Of a DNA stretch of 64,000 bases, positions 34,858 through 49,300 are shown piece by piece. The DNA comes from Macrostomum lignano (lineage: Eukaryota). The stretch lies in contig NIVC01000177.1 in the NCBI GenBank assembly GCA_002269645.1, forward strand, positions 398,810 through 462,809. Direction: 5' to 3'. The stretch's first letter is position 1, and every line of letters starts with the position of its first letter. Made by a program: the position numbers and the translations under genes. The notes under the pieces are model-generated. The model made no database searches. It saw only the letters and a list, made by a program, of their open reading frames with translations, and was not told where the DNA came from.

Positions 34858-37349
34858 GATACACATGTATATTATACTCATGCTGTGAAGAATAAAGTTT
34901 ATCATTTTTTCTGGATTCTGCAATAGGTCCAATTCAAATATACATCGTGTAGCGGAATCTATTCTGCTTAAGAGAACTTAAACTATGGCGTAGGAAATTA
35001 TTAATAATATTCGCTCTAGCAATCTTATATTTTCCGATTTACTTAGCGCACATGTATTGTCTAATAGCTACATGTAATTTTTATGCTCGTACATTACATT
35101 TAAAATACGCGCGCGTCGCCCTGGATTTTATGGTGTGGGGGGGGGGACAAAGCCAAGAATTCAACATGTAAGAGTACGTGACTAAGATTCCTACATTTCC
35201 ATTATTTTGAGAATCGTGTTGTCAGCACATATTTTGGCGCCGCATGAATTCCTTTTTAGCGCCACAGGTACTCATTTTAGCGCCGCAGGCACTCATTTTG
35301 GCGCCCTGAAGAAAAAATATTGATTACCACAAAACGAGTCACAAGGTTGGGGTGGGGGGACAATAAAGCATTGGAATGTTCCCCCAATAGCTTTCATTGG
35401 GTGGGACATGTCCCACATGTCCCCCCGGTGGTGACGCGCCTGTTTGATATTATAGGCGCTTCTTTAGGGAGCGCCACGCAGCTTTGGGGCCACCAGCGGG
35501 GAGCGGCCCAAAGTGCATATGGCTCCCCTGCATCGTAGTCGTGTGGGTTCAGGGGGGCAAAAAGCTTAAAGTCAAGGATTACTGCAAGAAGTAAATGTGG
35601 AGCATTTTTAATTTTAACTTGTGATTTTTGTGCCAATTTACGAGCCGTGTGTGACGAAGTACATGTACACATGCAGCTAGTAGGTTGTGTCAAATTGTTG
35701 TGTTGGGAATAGCTAAAATTGCATGGGAACATGGCAGCTATAGGTGTCGACGTCAACAAGTTGTGAGGAAGCGCGAAACTAATTGCTTTTAAGAAGGGGC
35801 TAGTGGAGCGCCATAACAATTTTTCCAAAGTCTTTGAATACCTGTAACTGCATATAGATATACATATATTGGTGTGGCCGACAGAAGCAAAATCTGCATT
35901 CGCGCATATCACAGTACGTGTTAGTAGTAAGGGGCTCAACCGCGAGGAATGGATAGGCTGATGCAGCTGCTTGTATGATTAAAAAAGAAACTCACCTTTC
36001 TCGCAGGGCCAGGATTATAGCTTAATTGTATACTTTGTTGCCTAAATGTATAATTATGCATACCTACAGCAAAAGAGATTTTTGATGATCCTAATTTCTT
36101 TCAGTAAATGATTTTTTCGGCGCACGTAGTAGCTTGCGGTATAATATTAATTTGTAATGATTGATCACAACTTTGCGATAAAAGAGACTTGCATATTGTA
36201 AAACATTAGACGATAAATAATAATAATGATTATATACAGACGATGAATATTAAATATTATGTTTTAGCCAAGCCAAGCTGAGCTATCGATTAAGCAACGC
36301 ACAGTGATTAGTATCGTGCATGAGTACAGAAGAATTACACGCACATTAGCTATCATTGACAATATTAACAAAAAAAACGCAATTTTTTGGATGGGTCGAA
36401 ATGGTTTATTTAATTGTTGGGAATGCGTCTCTACAATAATGTGATGCATGCTAGGCCTCTGTTGGGTGCAGTGCATGCAAGTTATAAAAGAAGTTAGCTA
36501 TGGGGTTCGCTCACATGAAGACAAGACAGCAGAAAACAGACGCAAAAAATATGCGTGAGCGCAATTGAAGTCACGAAAAAATGTGGCGGTAATTTAATGT
36601 TCGATATTGCAACAAAATTTGAACGCTCGTATTAACCTTAAACATGCCCTCTGCCTCTGGCTCTGGCCAACCAACCAACTACTCTAGCTGTTTGACCTGC
36701 TTAGGCATTATGTAAATTAAAGTAATTACGTTGTCAGGTATTGCATTAGCATTAGTGAAGATTCGAGCACAACAGCTCTTGAAGGCATATTATTGAAATT
36801 TATTGGATTAGGCCTAGCCTTCCCCCTTATCCTATTCCTATTCAGTATTCAGGCATTTGTTTGATATTAAATATTTCATAAGCCTAGGCCCTATATCTTA
36901 ATATTTTAATATCAATTATAATTGCTTTTCTTACTCCTATATAGTGTATAGTTATTATCTATAACTTACATTATGTTACATAGATATATTCCAATTTTTT
37001 TATATTTCAAAATTTATTATATTAAGATAGACAAATATCACACCAGTTTTCAGTTTCAGTTTTAGTTATTTCAAAACTTTTTATTATAATATTAATTATC
37101 ATGCTGATATTAATGTTATATATTAATGTTAATGTCAATATTTCTTATTAGGCCTAATTGTTTTTCAAAATCTTAAAACTTTAATCTTGATATTTCCTAT
37201 GCTATGCTATTGTCTAAAATTTTGGGGCTTTTCATTACTTAAAAAGAAATTGATTAGAAAGCTTATAAAATTTATATTTTATTTAGGGCCTACTTATTGA
37301 CTTAGCCCAGGATGGAATTCTTACACAAAAGTTGTTGCCCATTTGTGCG

Positions 37350-37900
37350 CCATAGTCAGGAAGGTAGCGCCGGAATAATTTTTTGGGACAATTTGTGCGC
37401 CGTCTATGCGCCGTCTATGCGCCATTTGTGCGCCGTCTGTGCGCCACTCTTCACAAGTAGAGTTTTCTAAGAAAAGCCTTCGTATGAAAAGCCTTTTTAA
37501 AATGTTACACATATTTTAATTTTAAACAAACTTAAATTATACCTACAAATAGAGTAATTCAAAATTGATTTTTAGCATTTTTAGCGATAATTTATACTAA
37601 TTTTATTTACTATTAATTTTTAAGAAGCAAAAAGTTTATTACTGACTTTCTAGACTATCTATACAAATTTCTTTTATTTTATGTAAAATTGTTAATTTGC
37701 ATTACAATTTTCATGCATGTCAGGGACCTTATGCGCCATAATTATGCGCCACATGCGCTAGGGACCTCAGTGTGCGCCATGATTGTGCGCCAAGTGCGCC
37801 AAGGACCCCTTGTGTTTGCCGCGCTTGTGCGCCAATATGTGCCAAGACCCTTTGTGTGCGCGGGAATTTTCCCCCTCAGAGGCCACCTTCCTGACTATGG
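37350..37900. mobile_element. MITE (551 bp) with 19-bp TIRs and subterminal TGCGCC repeats
   Basis: CCATAGTCAGGAAGGTAGC (37350) versus GCCACCTTCCTGACTATGG (ending 37900). Flanks TTTGTGCG / TTTGTGCA. Many TGCGCC motifs near both ends and an AT-rich centre. Confidence 0.75.
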
Positions 37901-38014
37901 TTTGTGCACACTTGTCAAATTTGTGTGCGCTTGTGCACTGAAAAAGAGCCTACTTGTGCACTCTTAAAGAAGGTGTGTGCACACTCCATCATATGCGCTT
38001 GCACAAGAAGCTGT

Positions 38015-39520
38015 TTGCAGCTGCAGAATCACAGATAGGATTTGACTTAAATTACATGCATTCAACAATCAACATGCTTATAAGTTATGTGCAATGTGGC
38101 ATTTGCGTGCTCAAGTTCTTACTACTTTTCATAGTCCAGAAGATGTTTTTATGCCAGAAAATTTCAAAAAAAAGTAAAACAAAGAATAATAGTTTTTAGC
38201 AAAAACAGTTACTTTAAAGTTTAGTAAAACTCTTATAAATTTTTAAGAATATTTTCTATAAAAAATGTAGTGTTCAAGCTACTTACACTTGAAGTACAAT
38301 TTTTAAATTTATATTAGCGTAGAATTGAAAAACTAAAAAAATGAAAATTCTTCTTTGCGCATAGGCCATGATCCACATTATGACTTATTTTTATAGTTGG
38401 CATGCGCACTTGCACACTGTTCCAAAAACAAAAATTTTCTTATCCCCAAGCAATAATTCCATTTTGGGACTTAGCTATAGGGCTATTTTGAAAGAAGACA
38501 ACTAAATGAAAAAGGTATAAATATCCATTCTATTAACCCTTTAATAGCCAATGCATTACTATACCTATAGTGTAAAAAAAGTTAGTATTGCTTGGAGAGA
38601 TCCCCTAGTATTGCTAGTATCTATGCTATTCTATGCTATGACCCAATATAAGTGAGTCTAGCTTGCATGAACATATACATGCAACCTCCAAATTTGGTCA
38701 GCTATGCGACTTAGTTTTAACAAAAAATTCAACATAGTTTTTGGCCAAAAATGCAACTTACATGTAAAAGAAACCCTAAAGCAAAGTTAATGCAACTTTG
38801 AGTAAATGGCACGAGTAACTATGACTGCCTTATTAAGCCAAAATGCCTTGTTATCTACTTAGTACTACTTTGATATTTATTTGGGTGGGCATTTTTGCTA
38901 TTTACCTTGGTTGGCCACCAAATTGGTCAGCCAGATCAGCCAACTCAGCTGACTGTTCCGCATGTTGTTGCGCAATGTTGTATGTTGCATGAAGGTAGGA
39001 TAGATACTAGCATAATGTTCAATAGGTTCATTATCTTAGTTACAAAAACTGCAAATGGAATTGCCATTGGTGGTATTGCCTTGCATTGCAAGTATTAATG
39101 TCTATAGAAATAGAAATGTCTTGCGCAAGAAGCTGTTTGCTGCAGAATCACAGACAGGATTTGACTTTTACATGCATTTAGATGTTTTTATACTGGAAAA
39201 TTTAAAAAAAAGTAAAACAAAGAATAATAGTTTTTATCACAAATAGTTACTTTAAAGATTAGTAAAACTCTAATAATTTTTGAAGAATATTTTCTCTAAA
39301 AAATATAGTGTTCAATCAACTTTATACTTGAAATACAATTTTTTAATTTATGTCAGTATAGAATTAAAAAACTAGAAAAATGAAAATTCTTTATTTTTGT
39401 GCATGGGCCATGATCTGCATTATGACTTATTTTTATAGCTGGCATACGCGCTTGCGCGCTGCTCCAAAAACGTGTGCTTGTGTTTTCCTACCCTTGAGCA
39501 AGAATTCCATTTTGGGACTT
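38015..39520. repeat. Diverged direct repeat of about 430 bp (about 38015-38470 and 39120-39520)
   Basis: Both copies contain CAAGAAGCTGTTTGC..CAGAATCACAGA.AGGATTTGACTT, AAAGTAAAACAAAGAATAATAGTTTTTA, and ATTATGACTTATTTTTATAG.TGGCAT. Confidence 0.8.
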
Positions 39521-40396
39521 CCATTGCCATTGGTGGTATTGCCCTGCATTGCAAGCATTAGTGTCTAAAAAATAGCCATGATCTGAGAGGGTCATAATGG
39601 CAGCCTGGATATCTCTTTGTGAGAGGTGCACAAGGAGTTTCTAGAGCTAATAAGAAGGCTAAGCAATGGCAGCGCAGGGAGGAAGGGGCAGGGGGTCTAT
39701 AGCAGGGGGTGACCACCCTTTTAACAAAAAATTCTAAAAGTATGTGCAAGGCCACAAGAAATATTTTTCTTGTAAAGGTAAGGGGCAGGGGGTGGCCACC
39801 CAACCACTGCCCCTCCTCCAACTAGAGGTGCTGCGCCACCACTGAGGCTGATTTCCAGAACCTACTCAAGGGTAATTTTGTTGGTTGAACCCAATATGTT
39901 GAGGAGTTTTATACAGTTGAAGACTGTTGCAGAGTTGACTTCTAAATATCAATATATTATAGCTATACAAATAGCTGTATGTATAGATAGCCACTATAGG
40001 TATTAATTATACTGTAGTTACCATAGGGATAATCACATTGGAAAACTATTTTGGAAAGTGGTTCAAATCCATTTCAAACAAAAATGGAAATATCAATCCC
40101 ACAGATCAAGATGAGGGATTAACAAACCCTTATTTCACTGAAGTTCCAAATAAAGAATATTGCTCACGACTGCAGGCACGCCAGAGAAGAGGACAAGAGA
40201 AGTAATTAAAGAGACAGAGAGAAGAAAGGATAGAAAATAAGAGAGGAGATAAGAGGATAGATAAAATGAGAGCTGAGAAGAGACACAAACCTTGAGCATG
40301 CTGGATTGCTATTGAGAAGGTTCAAAGGTCTCAACCCCTGCGATTGATTCCATCCACCTCGAGAAAGAACTCGCAGGCCTATAAATTTAATTCCAC

Positions 40397-43300
40397 ATGC
40401 TGCAGCCTCATCATCATCAGCAGCAGCAGCAAGAAGGAGAGCTGGCGGCTGATGAAGATGGTAGAGAGTCTGGCATGCTGCCGCCACCGCCACCTCTGCC
40501 GCCTCGCGCAGCGAGCGAGGCCGCTCTGAGCAGCCTAGCCGGAGTTCGCCAATACGACCGAGCCGAACTCGACTCCGCCGTTGTCCGCCAGCTCAGCGGC
40601 GAACTCGAGCGTCGAAGAGCAGCAGAATTGGCCGGACTTCGAGCTCAATTGGCTCGCATCGAATCCGACGCCGATAGCGCTCGTCGGGATCTGGCCAGCT
40701 GCGAGGCTCAACTTGATGCGGCTCTGCGAGATGCCGAGTCTGGAAGCTGCGATCCGGCCAAGACGCGTCGAATTCGTTCGATGGAAGCGGCGGCCGAGGC
40801 TCGCGTCCGCCAGTTGCAAACGTTGGAGGCGAGGCGTCGAGCTACTAAGGAACGAATCGAAGCTGCATCTTTAGAAGCGGAAGCTGTTGCCGAAGCTGAG
40901 GCTGCTGGCACGACGAATCGGGTTGCAGCAACTGGGGATGCAGATTGCGACATGGGATTCGCCGGAGTTGGCAGGGCCGCTGCCGCGCCTTCAATTGAGA
41001 GGCCTGTGGCTGTGAAGCGGCCAGCAGTTTGTGTTGAGGTTTGTTCACATTGTTGAGATTGGCTTGCTTATTCATTACCAGCGTCAATAGTGGAGTAGTA
41101 TTTGTTTTTCCTCTGGTTTTGATTAGAGCCGATACAGAAGTAGATGAGTCTTTGTTTTTCCTCTGGTTTTGATTAGAGCCGATACAGAAGTAGAGGAGTC
41201 TGTTTTTCTCCTGGTTTTGATTAGAGCCGATACAGAAGTAGAGGAGTCTTTGTTTTTCCTCTGGTTTTGATTAAAGCCGATACAGAAGCAGAGAAGTCTT
41301 TATTTTTGTCTGCTTCTGACTCTGCGTTCATACTGGACCATAGTTGTAGACTTTGTTTCTTGTTACAATTCGTGTTTATTAAGAGAAGCAACTAGTCTTT
41401 GTTTCGATGTAATGCAAGTCTTTGTACGAGCTATCCTAACAAGAGCTAACAGATATCTTTCTCAGGTGTTTATGGCCTATCTAAATTAATCAGGTGGACC
41501 CTTCAAGCACGCGAAGCGCCCCTGCAACAAAGCGCTCTCGACAACAGCAGAAGCAACACCAGCAACGTCGAAGACAGTCAGTTCGCCTTGTGGAGGAGTC
41601 GCCTCCAGAGTCGCCTTCTTCAGCGGCATCCTCGGAACTTCATCAGGAGGCTCAGCATCAGCAGCAGCAACAGCGAGCCCGTCCTCTGCTGGATGACGCC
41701 AGCCTACTGGCCTACGAGAGACGCATCGCCCGTCTGAATCGCAGCGAACTCATCGACAGGCAGGTTCGTCTGGAGGACGGTGGCAGCGACATCGGCGATG
41801 ACTTTAACGATGAATCCGACGATTCGCCGATGCAATTGGAAGGCCTGCCAGATGGTTTGGCGTTCGCTTTGCCCAGAAAAGTCTGGCAGTCTTTGTTTCC
41901 TTATCAGCGAGTGGCCGTGCGCTGGCTGAGGGAGCTGCACTCTCAGGCAGGTTGGAGGGTTTTTGAGTACTTTCCATGATTGATATTTGTTAGTACTTAG
42001 AAATAGACAAACCATTTTAGTATACCGGACGTGGGATCTACTAATCTTGATAAGGAATCTATAGATCTTAATGAAAAATCTATAGATCTTGATGAGAAAT
42101 CTACAGATCTTGATAAGAAATCTATAGATCTTTAAGAGAAATCTAAAGATCTCGACGAGGAATCTATAGATCTTGATATGGAATCTATAGATCTTAATGC
42201 AAAAATCTATAGATCTTGATGAGAAATCTTTAGATCTTGATAAGAAATCTATAGATCTTAAAGAGAAATATATAGATCTTGATGGGGAATCTATGGATCT
42301 TGATAAGAAATCGACAGATCTTGATAAGAAATCTATAGATCTTTAAGAGAAATCTAAAGATCTCGACGAGGAATCTATAGATCTTGATATGGAATCTATA
42401 GATCTTGATGAGAAATGTATGGATCTTGATAAAGAATTTATAGATCTTAATGAGAAATCTATAGATCTTGATAATGAATTTATAGATTTTGATGAGAAAT
42501 CTTTAAATCTTGATGAGAAACCTTTACATCTTGATGAGGAATCTATAGATATTGATTATAAGGAATCTATAGATTTTGATGAGGAATATTTAGATCTTGA
42601 TGAGATACCTATCTTGATGATGAATCTATAGATCTCGATAAAAAGTCTATAAGATCTGGATAAGAAACCCATAGATTGTTTTGAAAAATTTATATCATAT
42701 AAGAAAACACAATCAAGCACAATGCAACATCACTGCAGGGAGTTGGCGGCATTATGGGCGATCAGATGGGCCTGGGCAAAACTGTGCAAATGATTGCCCT
42801 ATTGGCTGGCCTGTCCTACAGTCACAACCGGTTAGGCGGCCCCCGTCTCGGCCCTGTGCTTATCGCCTGTCCGGGCACCGTGCTGCAGCAGTGGCTTGGC
42901 GAGCTGCGACAGTGGTACCCGAGATTTCGGGTGGCTATTCTGCACTCTACTGGTAGCGGCTACTCTAAACCTGCTAAATTAGTGCACAGCATTGCCAATC
43001 ATCCCGGCATATTGCTGACTACCTACAATACCTTAACTATGCATAGGGATGTTCTGTTAAAGTACAGATGGGATTACGTCATCCTGGACGAAGGCCATCG
43101 GATTAAGAATCCAACTAGCGATGTTACTATCGCTTGCAAGCAGTTCCCGACGCCGCATAGGATAATTATATCCGGTACTCCGATGCAAAATAATCTTAAG
43201 GTGAGCGGTGAACATACTACTTTTTTAACCTTAAACTACTGATATATGCTACTGATTGCTTGAGTGTGTTTTAATACTACTGATTAATTAATTGGGTGTG

Positions 43301-46136
43301 TTATATACTTACTGATTAATTGAGTGTGCTGTATACTACTGATTGCTTGTGTGTGTTATATACTACTGATTGCTTGTGTGTTATATACTACTGATTATTG
43401 AGTGTGTTATATACTACTGTTGCTTGTGTGTTTTATATACTGCTGATTGCTTGTGTGTGTTATATACTACTGATTATTGAGTGTGTTGTATACTACTGAT
43501 TAATTGCGGCTGTTATATACTACTTATTAAAAATAAGTGTGTTTTATACTGCTGAATTAATGGCCTTCGTGATATCCTAACACTTTGCAATTTGTTTACC
43601 AACTTACAGTACCAACTTAAGCTAAAAAATACAATTTATCAATAAGCATTTGAATAGCTGTTAAAAATATCAAATTTAAACCAATCACACCGAACCCCCA
43701 ATACCAGGAACTTTGGTCTCTATTCGACTTTGTCTATCCTGGCAAACTGGGCGACCTGCAAGACTTTATGCAGCACCTGGCCACCCCTATTCTACAGGGT
43801 GGCTACGCCAGCGCTAGCAAATTCCAGGTGGAATTGGCTTACAGGTTGGTTCCGCCTTTATGTGCTAATAGTATATTTATAGATATTTTATTATTAACTG
43901 GGTGATGCGATCTCTAATTAGGGATTAATACCTGTGTGATAGAATCTCTAATTAATGATTAATACCTGTGTGATAGAATCTCTAATTAATGATTAATACC
44001 TGTGTGATAGGATCTCTAATTATGGATTAATACCTGGATGATGGGATCTCTAATTAACCATTAATACCCGGATGATGGGATCTCTAATTAACCATTAATA
44101 CCTGGATGATGGGATCTCTAATTAACCATTAATACCCGGATGATGGGATCTCTAATTAATGATTAATACCTGGATGATCGGATCTATAATTAGGGATTAA
44201 TGATCGGATCTATAATTAGGGATTAGTACCTGGATGATGGGATCTCTAATTAGCTTGGATTAATACCTGGATGATGGGATCTCTAATTAGGGATTAATGG
44301 CTGGATGATGGGATCTCTAATTATGGATTAATACCTGGATGATGGGATCTCTAGTTATGGATTAATACCTGGATGATGGGATCTCTAATTAGGGATTAAT
44401 ACCTGGATGATGGGATCTCTAATTAAGGATTAATGGCTGAATGATGGGATCTCTAATTATGGATTAATACCTGGATGATGGGACCTCTAATTAGGGGTGA
44501 AGAGGTCTACACCTGACAGATAAATGCTCTAGACCGCTGGACAGTAGACCCGTAGTAGTTTTCCTAGATTTACTACTAACAGTAATAGAACTAAATAGCA
44601 GTGCATGGAATAGTTCAAATGGAGTGATAGTTTGTTCATTCACTGGTAATTATTTCTTGATACAAAACCAGATGCGCCTGCAGCCTACGGGACACCATCA
44701 ATCCTTATCTATTGCGCCGAATGAAAGAGGACGTGCGCCTGCAATTGCCGGGCAAAAGCGAACAGGTGCTATTCTGTCGTCTGTCTGACTATCAACGCGA
44801 TGTGTACAAGGAGTACCTGGCGTCTAGGGAGTGCCGGCAGATTCTGGAGGGTCGCTATATGGTAAGGTTTATTCGGTAGATTAGCAGATCGGTTGATTAC
44901 TGAACAGCTTGATAGGTAAGATTTGTAGACCGCTAGAATGGTAGATAAATTGGTATGCCGATATGTAGATTTGTGAGCAGGTAGATTTGGGTAGACAGGT
45001 AGATTTAGGTGGGTAGGTAGATTCGGGTTGCAGGTGGGTTTGAGTAGACAGATAGATTAGGGTAGACATATATATTAGGGTAGACAGGTAGATTTGGGTA
45101 GACAGGTAGATTAGGGTAGACAGGTAGATTTGGGTAGACAGGTAGATTAGGGTAGACAGGTAGATTTGGGTAGACAGGTAGATTAGGGTAGACAGTAGAT
45201 TTGGGTAAACAGGTAGATCAAGGTTGACAGAGTAGATTAGGGTAGACAGTAGATTTGGGTAGACAGGTAGATTTGGGTAGACAGGTAGATTAAGGTTGAC
45301 AGGTAGATTAGATTAGACAGATATATTAGTAGGTAGGCAGGTAGAATTTGATAGACAGGTAGATAGATTGTTAGACAGGTAGGTAGATGTTTAGGCAGCC
45401 AAGTAGGTAGACAGGTGGGTAGACAATGGTAGAACATTTAAACGGTTTGGCAGGGAAATGGATAATCAGTCCTATAGCTTACAACCCCGCCACCACCCCG
45501 ATCCCACAGGTATTCCCAGGCCTGTCCACCCTCCGCAAGATCTGCAACCATCCAGACCTGTCAACCGGGCCGCCGCAGAAGTTCGGCCTGCCGTCGCGCG
45601 AGTCTCTGACATTCGGCTACTACAAGCGCTCCGGCAAGATGCTGGTTGTTGACGCTCTGCTGAAGGCCTGGCGCTCGGATGGTCACAAAGTGCTGCTGTT
45701 CAGCCAGAGCCGCCGGATGCTGGGGGTGCTGGAGGCGTTCGTGAAGAAGCGCGGCTATCCCTACATGCGGATGGACGGCGGCACAGCCGTACGCAGCCGG
45801 CAGACCCTGGTGCACAGGTTCAATACGGATCCTGGCACGTTTGTGTTCCTGCTGACCTCGCGAGTTGGCGGGATTGGGGTCAACTTGACCGGGGCTAATC
45901 GGGTCATCATATTCGATCCCGACTGGAATCCGTGCACGGATTTGCAGGTTTGATTGATGGGGAGAGACTTTAATCAATCCGTTTATTAATTGGTTTATCA
46001 ATTAGTAAATATATCGTAAATCTATCTATTCTAATTAATCAATCTTCCAATCCATCAATCAATCTTCCAATCCATCAATCAATCTTCCAATCCATCAATC
46101 AAACATCCAATCCATCAATCATCCAATCTATCTATA

Positions 46137-46218
<82 letters not shown>

Positions 46219-46256
46219 ATCTATCTATCATCTATCTATCTATCATCTATCTATCC

Positions 46257-46295
<39 letters not shown>

Positions 46296-46329
46296 CATCT
46301 ATCTATCTATCATCTATCATCTATCTATC

Positions 46330-46399
<70 letters not shown>

Positions 46400-49300
46400 C
46401 TAATCAATCACTCAAACAGGCCCGAGAGCGTGCCTGGCGCATCGGGCAGCAGAGAGACGTGGTGATCTACCGCCTGCTGTCCTCCGGCACAATCGAAGAG
46501 AAAGTTTACCACCGCCAGATCTTCAAGCAGTTCCTGGCCAACAGAATCCTTCGCGATCCTCGACAGCGCCGCTTCTTCAAGGCCAACAATTTGGACGAGC
46601 TGTTCGCTCTGAAAGACGACGTCGAAGGCACGGAGACCAGGGCGCTGTTCACCGGCACGGGGGCCAGCACCAACAGGTTCGACGCCTTGCGACAGCGTCA
46701 AGAAGCTGCCGGAGTCGATCTGGGCGCAGCGTCCGACAGCGAAGCTGAGATGGCCTCCACCGATGTGGACGCGATGAGCGAGTCGTCCGCTAGTGATGGT
46801 TTGTGTTGGGTTGTTTGTTGGACTTTGTTGCTTGACTTCGTGTCTTGTCAGTTTTTTTAGTCTGCACCCCAAAGTTGTTTAGTTTAGACCCTAAAGTTGT
46901 TTAGTTTGACCCTAAAGTTTTTTAGTTTGACCCTAAAGTTTTTTAGTTAGACCCTAAAGTTTTTTAGTTTGACCCTAAAGTTTTTTAGTTAGACCCTAAA
47001 GTTTTTTAGTTTGACCCTAAAGTTGTTCAGTTTGGACCCTAAAGTTTTTTAGTTTGGACCCTAAAGTTTTTTAGTTTAGACCCTAAAGTTTTTTAGTTAG
47101 ACCCTAAAGTTTTTTAGTTTGACCCTAAAGTTGTTTAGTCTGCACCCCAAAGTTGTTTAGTTTAGACCCTAAAGTTGTTTAGTTTGACCCTAAAGTTTTT
47201 TAGTTTAGACCCTAAAGTTTTTTAGTTAGACCCTAAAGTTTTTTAGTTTGACCCTAAAGTTTTTTAGTTAGACCCTAAAGTTTTTTAGTTTGACCCTAAA
47301 GTTGTTCAGTTTGGACCCTAAAGTTTTTTAGTTTGGACCCTAAAGTTTTTTAGTTTAGACCCTAAAGTTTTTTAGTTAGACCCTAAAGTTTTTTAGTTTG
47401 ACCCTAAAGTTGTTTAGTTTGGACCCTAAAGTTTTTTAGTTTAGACCCTAAAGTTGTTTAGTTTGACCCTAAAGTTTTTTAGTTTAGACCCTAAAGTTTT
47501 TTAGTTAGACCCTAAAGTTTTTTAGTTTGACCCTAAAGTTGTTTAGTTTGGACCCTAAAGTTTTTTAGTTTAGACCCTAAAGTTTTTTAGTTTGGACCCT
47601 AATGTTTTTTAGTTTGACCCTAAAGTTTTTTAGTTGGATCCTTAAGTTTAGCTGGATCCTAAAGTCTAGTTGGATCCTGAAGTTTAGTTGGATCCTGAAG
47701 TTTAGCTGGATCCTGAAGTTTAGTTGGATCCTGAAGTTTAGCTGGATCCTGAAGTCTAGTTGGATCCTGAAAATTAGTTGGATCCTGAAGTCTAGCTGGA
47801 TCCTGAAGTTTAGTTGGATCCTGAAGTTTAGCTGGCTCCTGAAGTTTAGCTGGATCCTGAAGTTTAGCTGGATCCTGAAGTCTATTTGGATCCTGAAGTT
47901 TAGCTGGATCCTGAAGTTAATTCTAGCTAAATTGCATTCTGCACCTTACAGTTTTCTGGAAAATGATATTTATTACTTAATCTTCATCGCACCACCCCCA
48001 GCAGCGCCGGCCGCAGCGGCCCAGTTGACCGACAGCAGACGCGCAGAATTGCGCGAATTGGCGCGCAAGTTAAGCGCCAAAGTGGCGCGCGAATTTAGCG
48101 CCCCGTCAGGCGCCGATGCCGAGCCGGCCGAGGCCAGAGGGCCGGCTCAAGAGAAATCCCGTCGTAAAGAGAAGAAGCAGAAGAAAAAGAAGAAGAAAAG
48201 CAAAGACAAGAGCGGCGGTGACAGGAAACGCGCTCGCGGCGCCAAGCGCCAGGAAGTCGACGGCCATCGAATCGAGTTTGTGGTGAAGCAGGCCGCGTTC
48301 GACTATGGTGATGGACAGCGGGGTTCGGGTGAGACCACTGTTCAAGATTTTAAATAATCCAAAGCACTTTAATTTATCAGATTTTATACTTGTTCAGTCG
48401 AATAACTTTTGGGATTTCATATTTCGATCCAGGTAAATTTTGATCCTATTGGGAAAGATTTTGGGATTTCATAATTTTATCCAGGTAAATCTTAATCTCA
48501 TTGGGAAGAATAGTTGGGATTTCATAATTTTATCTAGGTAAATCTTGATCTCATTGAGAAGAATAGTTGGGATTTCATATTTTGATCCAGGTAGATTTTT
48601 ATCCTATTGGGAAGAATAGTTGGAATTTCATATTTTGATCCAGGTAAATTTTTATCCTATTGGGAAGAATAGTTGGAATTTCATAATTTGATCCAGGTAA
48701 ATCTTGATCTCATTGGGAAGAATTGTTGGGATTTCATAATTTGATCCAGGTAAATCTTGATCTCATTGGGAAGAATTGTTGGGATTTCATAATTTGATCC
48801 AGGTAAATCTTGATCTCATTGGGAAGAATTGTTGGGATTTCATAATTTGATCCAGGTAAATCTTGATCCCATTGGGAAGAATCTTTGGGATTTCATAATT
48901 TGATACAGGTAAATCTTGATCTCATTGGGAAGAATCTTTGGGATTTCATAATTTGATCCAGGTAAATCTTGATCTCATTGGGAAGAATCGTTGGGATTTC
49001 ATAATCATCCAGGTAAATCTTGATCCCATTGGGAAGAATAGTTGGGATTTCATTATGCTCCAGGTATGAATCAAAGCCATAATTCCCTTCTCAATTAACC
49101 AGACAAAACCGGCGCCGGGCCGTCGACCTCCAGAGATGCAGCGGACTCTGCGGACCCCCTGGTGTCGGCCCTGGTGCCGCGAGCCAGTCAGCACCGGCTT
49201 GAGGCAGCGGAACGCTCAAATCCTCAAATTGACGCTGAAGTTCGTCGAGTACTTCGCAAAGCCCGTCTGGATGCCTCACCGGCCAAGCGGAAGCCGCCGG

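Noticed and set aside
42389-42631. Acidic [12 protein letters not shown]... and similar ORFs at 47602-47940, 21734-21989 and 33944-34275
   Set aside because: Translations of intronic tandem repeats whose unit length is, or averages to, a multiple of 3.
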